Shown one piece after another: positions 46,613 through 56,429 of a DNA stretch of 64,000 nt; the first letter of the stretch is position 1, and every line of letters begins with the position of its first letter. The translations under genes were made by a program, and so were the position numbers. This stretch comes from Candidatus Woesearchaeota archaeon. GTDB taxonomy: Archaea > Nanobdellota > Nanobdellia > Woesearchaeales > 21-14-0-10-32-9. The notes below the pieces were generated by a model that saw only the letters and a program-made list of their open reading frames with translations, made no database searches and was not told the origin of the DNA. The stretch covers positions 4,163-68,162 of the forward strand of contig JBKHAC010000003.1 of NCBI GenBank assembly GCA_046543095.1, given 5' to 3'.

Positions 46613-47452
46613 ATGGTTATGTCTTCGGAATTTGATGTTTTAGCATTCAAGCACTTGAAAGATCAAAAATATGATTTCTTGAATGTTTTTAGCAAGTTTT
46701 CTAATAGTAAGTTTCACAGACAAACGGATGGTTTGCTTGAGGTTTTTCCTCATTTAAAGCGGCCTTTGGATTTTTATTTTAAAGGTTCTTTTTTGCATTA
46801 TAATTGGGTGTATCATCTTGTTAATTTATCTAGGCGCGTTTTAGCTATTGATGCGCGTGGCGATTTGGATAATTGTTCAATTGAGGATATTTTAGATTTG
46901 AAAGCTAAGCATGAAAACTTGAGTTGTGTTAAAGATAAGTATGTTGGTGTTATGAATGATTTTCATAAAAGGTTATTTGATGTTTTAGATGAGTATCAAA
47001 CTCATGTTAAATTAAACAAGAAAGATTATCTTGAAAGTTTAAAAAAAGGTGATTTATCGTATATTGATTCTGATCCTTTTGGTGGTGCGTTGTATACTCA
47101 GCTTAGGGGTATTTTAATTAATGACGATTTAATTTCTATTGTGTTAAATAAGGTTACATCGCGTGCTGAGCTTGAGTATTTGGATTCTGCGCATTGGTCT
47201 ATTTTTGAGGCTTGTTTGGATTTTTTGCCTGTGGGTGTGCCGTGTGGTGAGTATTTTACTGGGGTGATTGATGAGTCTAGGCGTTTGTTTGAAGGTGGGG
47301 TGTATGATTTTGATTTCATTAATAAATTTGTTTCAACTAAAACTTTCTCGTCTGTTGATTTAATGAATCCTGATTTTGGGGGTCTTAATTTTTTTAAAGA
47401 GCAGCATCATGATGCGTGGTCAGAATTTAAGGCAAAAAAATATTTTAAATAA
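46613..47452 (+). CDS. hypothetical protein between ahcY and the kinase
   Basis: 280-aa ORF with + strand-type codons. No motif recognised. Confidence 0.5.
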   Translation: MVMSSEFDVLAFKHLKDQKYDFLNVFSKFSNSKFHRQTDGLLEVFPHLKRPLDFYFKGSFLHYNWVYHLVNLSRRVLAIDARGDLDNCSIEDILDLKAKHENLSCVKDKYVGVMNDFHKRLFDVLDEYQTHVKLNKKDYLESLKKGDLSYIDSDPFGGALYTQLRGILINDDLISIVLNKVTSRAELEYLDSAHWSIFEACLDFLPVGVPCGEYFTGVIDESRRLFEGGVYDFDFINKFVSTKTFSSVDLMNPDFGGLNFFKEQHHDAWSEFKAKKYFK

Positions 47453-47490
47453 GGGGTTTTGTTTTGTTTTTTTTTGTTTTTTCTTTGGAA

Positions 47491-47596
47491 TTTAATGAAG
47501 TGCAGCACCGAGTGAGCTTTAATTACTGCAAATGCGATATCGCTAGGCTCGGTAAAGTGTTATTATTAAACGTAGTTTGCGAGCGTGCAAGTAATG
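47491..47596 (+). repeat. hairpin-element family 1-like, most diverged copy 1E
   Basis: Shares tttaatg..c.c.gagtg on the left and the central ggctcggtaaagtgttattattaaacg. Compare 1C tgctcggtattaaatactaattaaaaaacg. Confidence 0.3.
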
Positions 47597-47895
47597 TTTT
47601 CTTTTAACTTGTTTTTGATATTTGTTTTTTATTATTTTTTTTGTCTTTTTTGGTTTTTTTGTGTTAGTATTTCTTTAAGTATTATTTGTGTTTGTTCTTT
47701 GTTATTTTTGTATGTGTCAAAATTTGGTTTCTTATATTTTTTGAGGTTCCGTAGTTTTATATATGGGTTTTTATTTTCTTCTTTTTATTGAATTTTATTT
47801 TGTAATAGTTTTTGTAATAGTTTTTCAATTATTATTTAATATTTTTTTTCAAAAAAATTTTATAATTTTTTTCAATTTATTAAGAGGTAATATTT

Positions 47896-48867
47896 ATGCT
47901 TGGTATTGTATGTATTGGTAATGCGCTTGTGGATATAACATTGAATGTTGAGGATTCTTTTGTTTTAAGCACAGGTCTTCGTAAAGGCACGATGACTCTT
48001 GCGGGGGATATTACTCAGAAATTTCTGTTATCTTCAATTAAGGGTATGTCGTCTACTTTATCTACGGGTGGTTCTGCTGCGAATGTTGCGATTGGTTTTG
48101 CAAGTTGTGGTGGTACATCTTTGTTTATTGGTAAAGTTGGTCGTGATTATCATGGTTCTTTTTTTAAATCATCACTTGAGCAAAGGGGTGTTATTCCTAA
48201 ATTAGCTGAGTCTCTTGATTTAATTACGGGTTCAGCTGTTGCGTTAATTTCGCCTGATGCTGAGCGTACTTTCTCAACTCATCTTGGGGCGTCCGCATCT
48301 CTTGTTCGCAGTAATATTTTAGATTTTCCAAAATCGATGTTTTTTCACGTTGAGGCTTATTTGCTTGAATCATCTTCGATTAAAGAGGTTGTTTTAGATT
48401 TAATAAAACTTGCAAAAGTTAATGGTTCGAAAATATCTCTTGATTTATCTGATCCTGCGTTAATTGAGCGTATAAAGCCTGTGCTTGATGATTTCTTGAA
48501 ATTAGTTGATGTTGTATTTGCAAATGATATTGAAGCTGAAAAATTCACGGGTAAAACTGGTCTTGACGCTGCGAGGCATCTTAGCAATTTTTGTGGTGGC
48601 ATCGCTGTAGTAAAGCTTGGGGAGAGGGGTAGTGTAATTATCTCTGGCACTGAAGAGGTTACAATTAGGCCTGAGGTTGTAAAGCCTATTAACACTAATG
48701 GTGCGGGGGATGCGTATGCTTCAGGTTTCTTATTTGCGTTATCGAAAGGTTTTTCGTTAAAAAAAGCTGGTGATATTGCGTCAATTGTTGCAAGGGAAGT
48801 TGTCTTAATTGAGGAGGCTGCACCTAAGAGTTCATTGGCATCTAAAATTGCTCATCTAGTAAATTAA
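47896..48867 (+). CDS. PfkB-family carbohydrate/nucleoside kinase (adenosine kinase-like)
   Basis: GGSAANVA di-Gly region and the NTNGAGDAYASGF ATP/anion-hole motif. Confidence 0.8.
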   Translation: MLGIVCIGNALVDITLNVEDSFVLSTGLRKGTMTLAGDITQKFLLSSIKGMSSTLSTGGSAANVAIGFASCGGTSLFIGKVGRDYHGSFFKSSLEQRGVIPKLAESLDLITGSAVALISPDAERTFSTHLGASASLVRSNILDFPKSMFFHVEAYLLESSSIKEVVLDLIKLAKVNGSKISLDLSDPALIERIKPVLDDFLKLVDVVFANDIEAEKFTGKTGLDAARHLSNFCGGIAVVKLGERGSVIISGTEEVTIRPEVVKPINTNGAGDAYASGFLFALSKGFSLKKAGDIASIVAREVVLIEEAAPKSSLASKIAHLVN

Positions 48868-49085
48868 GCACATCTGAGGTGTTATTCAATCTTTTTTTTT
48901 TAGTTTAGTTTTTTTGTTTTGTTTGATTTTTTTCTATTGTGTTTGTTATCTTGTTAGTTTAATTTAGTGTTTTAGTTGTGTTTTTCTTTTCTTGGTTTTT
49001 TGCTTAGTTTATTTTTATTGATGGTATTAATCTTAGAATTATGGTATTGAAAATAACTGGATGGGGCTGAAAACGGACTGAAAAA

Positions 49086-49141
49086 ATAAGGTTGAAGAAT
49101 TAAGGGTAAAGAAATAAGGATGAAGAAATAAGAATGAAGAA
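49086..49141. repeat. four tandem 14-nt purine-rich units (ATAAGRWTGAAGAA)
   Basis: ataaggttgaagaa / ttaagggtaaagaa / ataaggatgaagaa / ataagaatgaagaa. They lie in the 3' flank of the - strand pilin gene, where they are pyrimidine-rich on its transcript. Confidence 0.6.
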
Positions 49142-49171
49142 AAAAATAAAAAAAGAAATTAAAAAATTTAT

Positions 49172-49672
49172 TTATGGATTTACTTTCGCGTTTATTGATC
49201 CAGTGTGTGGTCTTGTTAGTTCAGTGTCCATATTCGTGTATTGGAAGGTCAGGTCTGATCTGAATCTGTTTCCTGCTGAAAGGCCTGATCCTGAGCTACT
49301 GCAATTGTAGGCTAGTGTAAATTGTGCGCCATTAGGAATTTCGTATCCGTTTCCTGATGCTGTTACGTCATCTCCTGTTATGTATGCATTATATATTGAA
49401 TCACAATCTTCGGTGCCTGCCATATCGTTGGTTGATATGTTTATTTTTGTTCCTACATTATTTCTAAAAACTATTTCTACAGCTGGTGTACTTGCAGATA
49501 CTACTGAGTCTATGCTTTGTATTGGTGCTGCAAATGTTGTTCTCTCGGGTAGCATGTTTCCTGGGCTAAGTACGCCGAAGTATGCTAGTGCTGCGATTGC
49601 TGCTAGTACTACTAATATTGCCCAGCCGTATGTCATTAAGAATTCCATGGCTGCTTGTCCTTTTCTTTTCAT
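49172..49672 (-). CDS. archaeal type IV pilin (class III signal peptide), candidate major pilin
   Basis: MKRKG|QAAMEFLMTYGWAILVVLAAIAALAYF. AGGTGA SD 8 nt before the ATG at 49672. T/S/N/G-rich globular part. Confidence 0.8.
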   Translation of the reverse strand: MKRKGQAAMEFLMTYGWAILVVLAAIAALAYFGVLSPGNMLPERTTFAAPIQSIDSVVSASTPAVEIVFRNNVGTKINISTNDMAGTEDCDSIYNAYITGDDVTASGNGYEIPNGAQFTLAYNCSSSGSGLSAGNRFRSDLTFQYTNMDTELTRPHTGSINAKVNP

Positions 49673-50002
49673 GTTTATTTTCACCTCTATTGGGTTTTTT
49701 TATTTTTTTTATCTCTTTGGATAAGTATTTTTTTTATCTCTTTTTGGTCGTTTTTTTGACCTTTTTTGACCAAAGATAGACAATTAATACTTGTATTAGT
49801 ATATAAAAGTTTCTATTTTTGTGGGTTTTTGTATATTCGAATACGTTTTAGTTTCGGATTTTTTTTATTATTTTGCTCATTATTTTGTTCTATTATGCCT
49901 ATTTGCTTTATTTTTATCATCTTGTTTTTTGTATTTGTTTTTTGTTTTTTGTTGTATGTCTTTTTCTCTATCTCGTTTTCAGGTGGGGGTTTTTCATAAA
50001 AA

Positions 50003-50010
50003 TTTATATA
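50003..50010 (+). promoter_or_regulatory. TATA box TTTATATA for the pilus operon
   Basis: Ends 25 nt before the ATG at 50036. No SD. Confidence 0.5.
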
Positions 50011-50035
50011 CTTGAGCTTATCAGTTGTTTGTATT

Positions 50036-50455
50036 ATGTTTTTAAAAAAAAGGGGTCAGGTGAGTTTTGAGTATTTGGCAATTTTTGGTATTGCTTCTCT
50101 TATGATTATTCCTTTAATGATTATCTTTGCGCATCAATCATCTTCAATTGAGGCGGATGTTGCGTATGCTCAAGCGGAAAGTGCGTTATCGCGCATTGTG
50201 GCGTCGGCAGAAGAAGTTTATTTTCAGGGGCCTCCTGCGCGTAAAACTTTGAGTGTTCATTTCCCGAAGGGTGTTCGTGAGGTTTTAATTGAGGAATCAT
50301 CGATTGTGTTTGTCTTAGAAACGGTTGATGGTGAATTTAATATTTATAAAGATACATCTGCGCGTTTGTCAGGTTCGCTTGAGTCTTTTGAGGGGCCTCA
50401 TATTGTTGTTTTTGAGGCGAGTGAGGGTTTAGTTACGTTGGCGGAGAAGTCTTAA
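50036..50455 (+). CDS. prepilin-like protein 1 (class III signal peptide)
   Basis: MFLKKRG|QVSFEYLAIFGIASLMIIPLMIIF. Confidence 0.7.
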   Translation: MFLKKRGQVSFEYLAIFGIASLMIIPLMIIFAHQSSSIEADVAYAQAESALSRIVASAEEVYFQGPPARKTLSVHFPKGVREVLIEESSIVFVLETVDGEFNIYKDTSARLSGSLESFEGPHIVVFEASEGLVTLAEKS

Positions 50456-50462
50456 AAAATGA

Positions 50463-50915
50463 GTGTTGGTTAGGGTGATATTTGTTTTGATTAAAAAAAA
50501 GGGGCAGGTTGGTTTTGAATTTATGATGGTGGCTTTAATTGCTATCTCGACGCTCATTGTTTTTGTTATAATTTTAAGTGTTTTAACTACTACTAAGCAA
50601 GATGATGCGCGTATGTTTAAGGCGCAAAGTTTAGTTGATGGTTTTAGTGAAGAGCTTTTTTTTGCGGCGGAAGCTGAAGAGGGTTATTCGAGGGTAATTG
50701 AGCTTCCATCTTCTGTTGAGGGTAGGCCTTATGTGCTTAATATTGAGGGTTTTGAGAATCGTTCATCTTTCTTTGAATTATCTGTTGAGTCTTATATTCT
50801 TTCGAATTATTTACCGAGTAATGTTCAGAGTTTTTATTTTAATTCTTCTATTCATTCAAAAAATGTGGTTATATCAAAGCGTGATGGTTTGATTAATTTA
50901 GAGGTGGTTTCTTGA
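50463..50915 (+). CDS. prepilin-like protein 2
   Basis: ..LIKKKG|QVGFEFMMVALIAISTLIVFVII. Non-ATG start, exact codon uncertain. Confidence 0.65.
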   Translation: MLVRVIFVLIKKKGQVGFEFMMVALIAISTLIVFVIILSVLTTTKQDDARMFKAQSLVDGFSEELFFAAEAEEGYSRVIELPSSVEGRPYVLNIEGFENRSSFFELSVESYILSNYLPSNVQSFYFNSSIHSKNVVISKRDGLINLEVVS

Positions 50916-51418
50916 CTTTTTTATTTTTCTCAAAGAGGGCGCAGTCTTGGATTTTTGAGTATATTGTTAGTTTCTTAATATTTTTAGGTCTTTTATTTAT
51001 TGCAATTAATGTTTTATCTTCTACATCGTCTAAGTCTTATTTTGAGGATGTTGCGCGTGATGCGGATCATATTTCGTCGTTATTTTTATCTGAAGGCATG
51101 CCTGATAATTGGTCTAATTCGTCTGTTTTATCTGTTGGTTTAATGTCTGATGGTCGTGTTGATTTAAATAAAATGGGTGAATATGATTTGCTTACTTATA
51201 ACAATGTTAAATCTTTACTTGGTGTATCGAGTGAGTTCTTATTTTATTTTGAAAATTCTTCAGGTATGATGCTTGTTGATGGTCTTTGTTATCGTGGTTT
51301 CGTTGAGGGGTGTGGGGATTTTAAGAGTTTTATTACTTATAATGATTTAGCGACGTCTAGGCGTATTGTTGTTTTAGATTCGAGTATTGTTGAGTTAGTG
51401 GTGGTGGTTTTTAGATGA
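50912..51418 (+). CDS. prepilin-like protein 3
   Basis: ..FSKRA|QSWIFEYIVSFLIFLGLLFIAI. 4-nt overlap with the previous gene. Confidence 0.6.
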   Translation: MTFLFFSKRAQSWIFEYIVSFLIFLGLLFIAINVLSSTSSKSYFEDVARDADHISSLFLSEGMPDNWSNSSVLSVGLMSDGRVDLNKMGEYDLLTYNNVKSLLGVSSEFLFYFENSSGMMLVDGLCYRGFVEGCGDFKSFITYNDLATSRRIVVLDSSIVELVVVVFR

Positions 51419-54120
51419 ATCGTAAAGGAATGTATTATATTTTTGATGCTCTTCTTGCTGGTGTTTTGTTAATGGGTGTTTTAATCTTAATAGTATCTAT
51501 GAGTGATGATTCTACTTATTCTTCTCCTAATTTTTTAAGTCAGGATTTATTAAATGCTTTATCTACGATTAAGGTTCATGAGCTTCCTGCAGATGATCTT
51601 GCTTCAATTTCTAATCAGGATGATTTATATTTAAATATTAGTGTCTTTGAGCAAATTGGTAGGTTTTGGGCTTTAAATTATTCTAGTGATGCGTCTTTGC
51701 TTGCGGATATTGCTTTATCTTCGCTTAATTTATCAAAGCAGGTTACTTTAAGGGTTGGTGGGGAGGATATTTATACTGTTGGTTCATTTGTGCTTGATGA
51801 TGTTTTTATTTCGCGTAGGATGATTGCGGGTATTGATAAGGGTAAGCCTGTAACTGGCACGAGTGCATCTGCTTATTTGCGTCGTATTCGTGATAAAAAA
51901 ACTAGTTCTTATGCGTACTTTGGTGGTTTTACAGGGCAGGGTAATATTTCAAAAAAATTAATTTTGCCTTCTGATTTTACGCTGGCGCGTCTTATTTCAG
52001 CGGAGCTTAAAGCGGAGATTCCTAGTGATTTTCGCGTTTTTGTAAATGGTGTGCTTTGTGGTGGTCTTAGAAGTGGCGCTGAGGGGGTGGTTTCGAGTCA
52101 TAATTTGTCGATGTGTTCTTTTAAAAATAATACTAATATTGTGCTTATTTCATTTGCAGGAAGTATTGATTCTGCGTATGTGAGTGGGGGTTATATTAAG
52201 GCGACGTATACGACTGATTCTTTGCGTGAGGGTGAGTCTTTAGGTGTTGCGCGTTATGATTTTCCTGGTATTAATGGGTTGATTAATGTTTATGATTCTA
52301 TATCTGCGCAAGGCACGATTACTGGTTGGCGTTTAAACATTACTTTTGAGAATATTTATGATACTTTTATGACTATTGCAAATGAGACTGTCTTTTATGC
52401 GCCGGGTCAAAATGATTCGAGAAATATTATTATTACAAATAATGATCCTGATTTGCCTCCCTCTCAAATTCCGATCAGGGTTGGTGTTAGTAATTTGTCT
52501 AATATTACTACTGTTTTAAATGGTACTCCTGCTGATACTTTTTTAATTACTGATGTGTCTGGTAGTATGAGTACTTGTGGTCTTCTTGAGGAGGAGGATG
52601 TTCAGTATTGTTCATATGAGTATCGTTCATGTTTTTTATGGTTTTGTAATTGGTATCCTGTGGAGTGTCCTTATTCTGGTTCTTGCGCAGGTAATCCTTG
52701 TGGGGGTACTACGAATACGCGTAATCATAATTCTTTTAATAAAACTGAGCAGGTTTGCACTGCATCTTTTATGGATGTTGCAAAAGATGCGGGGAAAGTG
52801 TTTGTTGATGAGGTTCTAGGTGAGTCTTCGCAGCATAGAATTGGTCTTGTTAGTTTCTCGACTAATTCCAATTTGGATCACGTGTTATCTAATATTGGTG
52901 GTTCTCTAAAATCTACTATTGATGGTTACTCTGCGGATGGTGGTACGTGTACTTGTTGTGGTTTGAATCGTGCGAGAAATGAAATAATGTCGTCTGATAA
53001 AGAGCGTTTTATAATTTTGCTTAGTGATGGTGTTCCTACTTATTATTGTGATAATTTAAATGATTACACAGGTTCTGGTACGGGTAGTACTATGGAGCAA
53101 GATGATGTTGATGCTGCACTTGCATCTGCGCAGGAGGCGTGTGATAATAATATCACGGTTTATTCTATTGGGTTTGGTGATTTATTAACTGTTGAGGGTC
53201 ATGATGTTTTACGTCAGCTTGCATGTAATGAGTCTTTATATTATAGCACTACTGATATGGATGAGCTCGCAGATATTTTTAGAAATATTTCGAGTCAGAT
53301 TTTGCTTCAGGCGAATTTTTCATCGCAAACAATTGAAGTTGTTGGCGATTTCGTTGAGTCTAATTTGAGTGTTGATTCTTATCTTGAAATTTTCTTTGAT
53401 CCTTTCGAGTCTTCTGTTGATGTTGGTAAAATTGAGCTTTCATTTGAATCTGATCCTTTTAGTTGTGATGCTAGTATTTATATTCCATCTAATCTTGAAA
53501 TTACTGATGCGAAGATTGCATCTTTCTCTGGTAATGAGTGGACTCGTAAATTAAATATTAAAAATGATGATTTTGATGAATTGGTGTATGATATTGATTT
53601 GTTTGGTTCTGATTATCCTGTTTTAGGTGATCCTTTTCAAATTCAAGTTCCGTCTGTTTTACTCATGCCTGGGCAAATTAATAATTTATCTATTGTTGTT
53701 GGTGATTCTCCCAGTAATATTTCTAGTTGTATGCCTTTTAACACTTTAATTTATACGGGGTTTATTAATTCGACGACGCCGAGGACTGATTCTTTGGAGT
53801 TCGCGGATGGTTGTCTTTGGAGTGTTGAAACTGCTGAGGGTACGTTTCTTGAACTTGATATTCCTGAGGATTATTCTGTGAGTGGTTCTAATAGGTGTTA
53901 TTATAATTCATCAAGTGATTTCATTAATAACAAGCCATTTAATGATAAAGATGCGTATGATGTTGCGATGTTTAATTTGCTCAGGCAGCTTGATCCTGAT
54001 GAGGCGGGTCGTATCATTGTTGATTTAGATGAATCTGATCTTGAAATTCAGTTAACTATTGTTGGTAGTATTCCTTATATGTGGGGGCCGAGTATTGCTG
54101 AAGTGGAGGTGAGACCTTGA
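51415..54120 (+). CDS. 901-aa pilin-like protein with a von Willebrand factor A (VWA) domain
   Basis: MNRKG|MYYIFDALLAGVLLMGVLILIV. MIDAS residues DVSGSM .. ADGGTCT .. LLSDGVPT. Cys-rich insert after DxSxS. Confidence 0.75.
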   Translation: MNRKGMYYIFDALLAGVLLMGVLILIVSMSDDSTYSSPNFLSQDLLNALSTIKVHELPADDLASISNQDDLYLNISVFEQIGRFWALNYSSDASLLADIALSSLNLSKQVTLRVGGEDIYTVGSFVLDDVFISRRMIAGIDKGKPVTGTSASAYLRRIRDKKTSSYAYFGGFTGQGNISKKLILPSDFTLARLISAELKAEIPSDFRVFVNGVLCGGLRSGAEGVVSSHNLSMCSFKNNTNIVLISFAGSIDSAYVSGGYIKATYTTDSLREGESLGVARYDFPGINGLINVYDSISAQGTITGWRLNITFENIYDTFMTIANETVFYAPGQNDSRNIIITNNDPDLPPSQIPIRVGVSNLSNITTVLNGTPADTFLITDVSGSMSTCGLLEEEDVQYCSYEYRSCFLWFCNWYPVECPYSGSCAGNPCGGTTNTRNHNSFNKTEQVCTASFMDVAKDAGKVFVDEVLGESSQHRIGLVSFSTNSNLDHVLSNIGGSLKSTIDGYSADGGTCTCCGLNRARNEIMSSDKERFIILLSDGVPTYYCDNLNDYTGSGTGSTMEQDDVDAALASAQEACDNNITVYSIGFGDLLTVEGHDVLRQLACNESLYYSTTDMDELADIFRNISSQILLQANFSSQTIEVVGDFVESNLSVDSYLEIFFDPFESSVDVGKIELSFESDPFSCDASIYIPSNLEITDAKIASFSGNEWTRKLNIKNDDFDELVYDIDLFGSDYPVLGDPFQIQVPSVLLMPGQINNLSIVVGDSPSNISSCMPFNTLIYTGFINSTTPRTDSLEFADGCLWSVETAEGTFLELDIPEDYSVSGSNRCYYNSSSDFINNKPFNDKDAYDVAMFNLLRQLDPDEAGRIIVDLDESDLEIQLTIVGSIPYMWGPSIAEVEVRP

Positions 54121-55064
54121 ATAAGAGGGGTTTTATTTATGTTATTTCGGCGGGGCTTTTAGTTTCTGTTTTGCTTATTGTTTTTTTTTCTATGCAAGAT
54201 TTTACTTTTGATGAGTCTGTTTCATCTAAGCTTCGGCGTGTTGGTTTTGCTAATGATTTTGTTTCGGGGTTTAATCAAGATCTTGAGCGTGCTTTAAATA
54301 TTGCATCTTTCAGGTCCATGGTTGCGCTAGAGGAGCATATTGCATCTACTGGTTCTTTTTTAAATGATACGGAGGCGTATTTTGTTGAAGTGTTAGAGTC
54401 TGGTTTAATTAATGGTTCTGCTTATCAAATCATGGATAATTCTTCGCTTTCAGTTTATCTTGAGCGTGTAAATATTATTGCGAGTAATTTTGGTATTGAA
54501 GTTGATGTTCAAATTAATGATATTGTGCTTGATCAATTTGATGCTTGGAATTTGTTTGTGTCAATTAATGCTTCTGTTTTAATTTTGGATACGACTGGGC
54601 TTGCTAATTGGTCTTATATTAGGGTGTATGAGTCTGTTGTGCCTATATCGAATCTTCGTGATCCGCTTTATACTGTATCTACGCGTAATCGTGTATCTAA
54701 TACTGTTCGTGAGTTTAACAAATCTTTTTCAAGTTCTAATATTTCTAATTTCTTTGAATTCCTTGAAGGGTCTTATTATGTTGAATCTCCAAATGCTGCG
54801 CCAAGTTTCATTCAGCGTTTTAGTAATAATGTGTCTCCGAGTCCTTTTGGGATTGAGAGTTTGGTGGATGTTCTTGAAATATCTGATCAAGATCTTGATA
54901 CATTTCCTAGTAGGGTTAAAATTGATTTTATTTACTTTAATGATTTATCTGTTCCAGAAACAGTTTGCGTGATTGGTGGTGTTCCTTCAGGTTATCATTT
55001 GATTCTGCCTAACTCTAGTGTGGATAAATTTGAATTAAATAGTTTTGTTATTGGTTGTTCTTAA
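54117..55064 (+). CDS. prepilin-like protein 5
   Basis: MNKRG|FIYVISAGLLVSVLLIVFF. 4-nt overlap with the VWA gene. Confidence 0.6.
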   Translation: MNKRGFIYVISAGLLVSVLLIVFFSMQDFTFDESVSSKLRRVGFANDFVSGFNQDLERALNIASFRSMVALEEHIASTGSFLNDTEAYFVEVLESGLINGSAYQIMDNSSLSVYLERVNIIASNFGIEVDVQINDIVLDQFDAWNLFVSINASVLILDTTGLANWSYIRVYESVVPISNLRDPLYTVSTRNRVSNTVREFNKSFSSSNISNFFEFLEGSYYVESPNAAPSFIQRFSNNVSPSPFGIESLVDVLEISDQDLDTFPSRVKIDFIYFNDLSVPETVCVIGGVPSGYHLILPNSSVDKFELNSFVIGCS

Positions 55065-55275
55065 TTTTTTTTTGTTTTTGTTTAGTTTTTTTGTTCTTTT
55101 ATTTTTTCTTATTTCTTATTTTTGTTTATTTTTTCTTATTTTTTATTTAAATAGCTCACTTTATTTAGGGTGGTGTTTTATTTCGAAAAGTATATAAGTG
55201 ATAACTTTATTTATTATTTATAATTGAAGGGTTTTTTTATTTAAAAAAGAGGGTTTTTAGTATAAGAGGGGTTTG

Positions 55276-56424
55276 ATGAAGAAGATTAAAACCGGTGCTG
55301 ATAAATTAATTGATATTATTCAGGAAACTAATCGTATTAGTTTGGATGATGCCTCTAAAGCGCTTGGTGTTAGTGGTGAGCTTGTTTTGGAGTGGGCTGA
55401 GTTTCTTGAAAAAGAAAAACTTATCAGTATTGATTATTCTTTCTCTAAGGTTTTTTTCAAAACGAGGGTTATGTCGTCTAGTGATATCAAAAGTTCGGCT
55501 AAAGAAGTTGTTCATGAAAAGGATGCTTTTTTAAGAAAAGTTGAGTATGCTATTTCTTCTCTTGATAGGGAGTCTGTTAATTTTGATGAGATTAAAAAGA
55601 AGTTTAATAGTGTTCATGGTGATGTTAAGGAAGAGATTAAAACTGTTGAGCGTGAGCTCTCCGAGCTTGAAAAATATAATCAGTTAAAATCAAATATTGA
55701 TAAGGATATTGAGGTTCAAAAAGATAAGTATGAGAAATTGCTTGATTTGCTCGCAGAAGATATTAAAGATTATGAAAAAGAATTTGTTGATTTGTATGCG
55801 AGGATTGTTGCTGAAAAAGAAAAAATTAATGAGCATAGATCTCGGTTAGTTTCGCTTTCGAATTCTCAAAAAGAAATTTCTGAGTCGATTAAGTCTGCTA
55901 ATTCTGTGTTAATAAAACTTAAAGATGATTTGAGGGTGGAAGAAGGGGCTATGTCTTCTAGACTTAAGAGTTTTGATAAATTAAAAGTTGAATTTGATAA
56001 TTTGAGTGATAAGATTATTCGTGAGAAAAAGCGCAAAATTTCTGATTTGTCTTCGTCTCTTGATAAGGAGTCTGCTATTTTGCGTGAGCGTCAAAATAAA
56101 TTGTTTGATGATGCGCGTGCGAAAGCATCGAAGCTTGAGAGTTATGAGTCTTTGGGCAGGACTATTAAAAATAGTTTTGATGGTTTTTTCAAGAAAACTA
56201 TTATTATATCGAAGAAGATGGATGAAATTGACTCGGATAAGGTTGACTTAAAAAAGAATTTGCTCGTGTTAAAACAAAAAGCTGAGGCTCTTGTTGTTAT
56301 GTCGTCTAATGAATCGTTAAAAGAGCAGGCTGATGCGCTTGATTTGGAAATTAAAAAACAAGAGGAGGCTAAGCATAGGCTTATTGGTAAGATGCGGTCT
56401 TTACTCGATGATTTGAGGTTGTGA
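55276..56424 (+). CDS. wHTH-like N-terminal domain plus long coiled-coil protein (pilus-locus accessory)
   Basis: The N-terminus ISLDDASKALGVSGELVLEWAEFLEKEKLISI looks like a winged helix. The rest is heptad-rich and K/E/L/D-rich. Confidence 0.5.
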   Translation: MKKIKTGADKLIDIIQETNRISLDDASKALGVSGELVLEWAEFLEKEKLISIDYSFSKVFFKTRVMSSSDIKSSAKEVVHEKDAFLRKVEYAISSLDRESVNFDEIKKKFNSVHGDVKEEIKTVERELSELEKYNQLKSNIDKDIEVQKDKYEKLLDLLAEDIKDYEKEFVDLYARIVAEKEKINEHRSRLVSLSNSQKEISESIKSANSVLIKLKDDLRVEEGAMSSRLKSFDKLKVEFDNLSDKIIREKKRKISDLSSSLDKESAILRERQNKLFDDARAKASKLESYESLGRTIKNSFDGFFKKTIIISKKMDEIDSDKVDLKKNLLVLKQKAEALVVMSSNESLKEQADALDLEIKKQEEAKHRLIGKMRSLLDDLRL

Positions 56425-56429
56425 TTTAT

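Noticed and set aside
49086-49141. Tandem 14-nt repeats considered as a mini CRISPR or other array.
   Set aside because: The units are contiguous without spacers, purine-only and only 14 nt long. There are no cas genes. They are more likely a low-complexity 3' flank or terminator region of the pilin gene.
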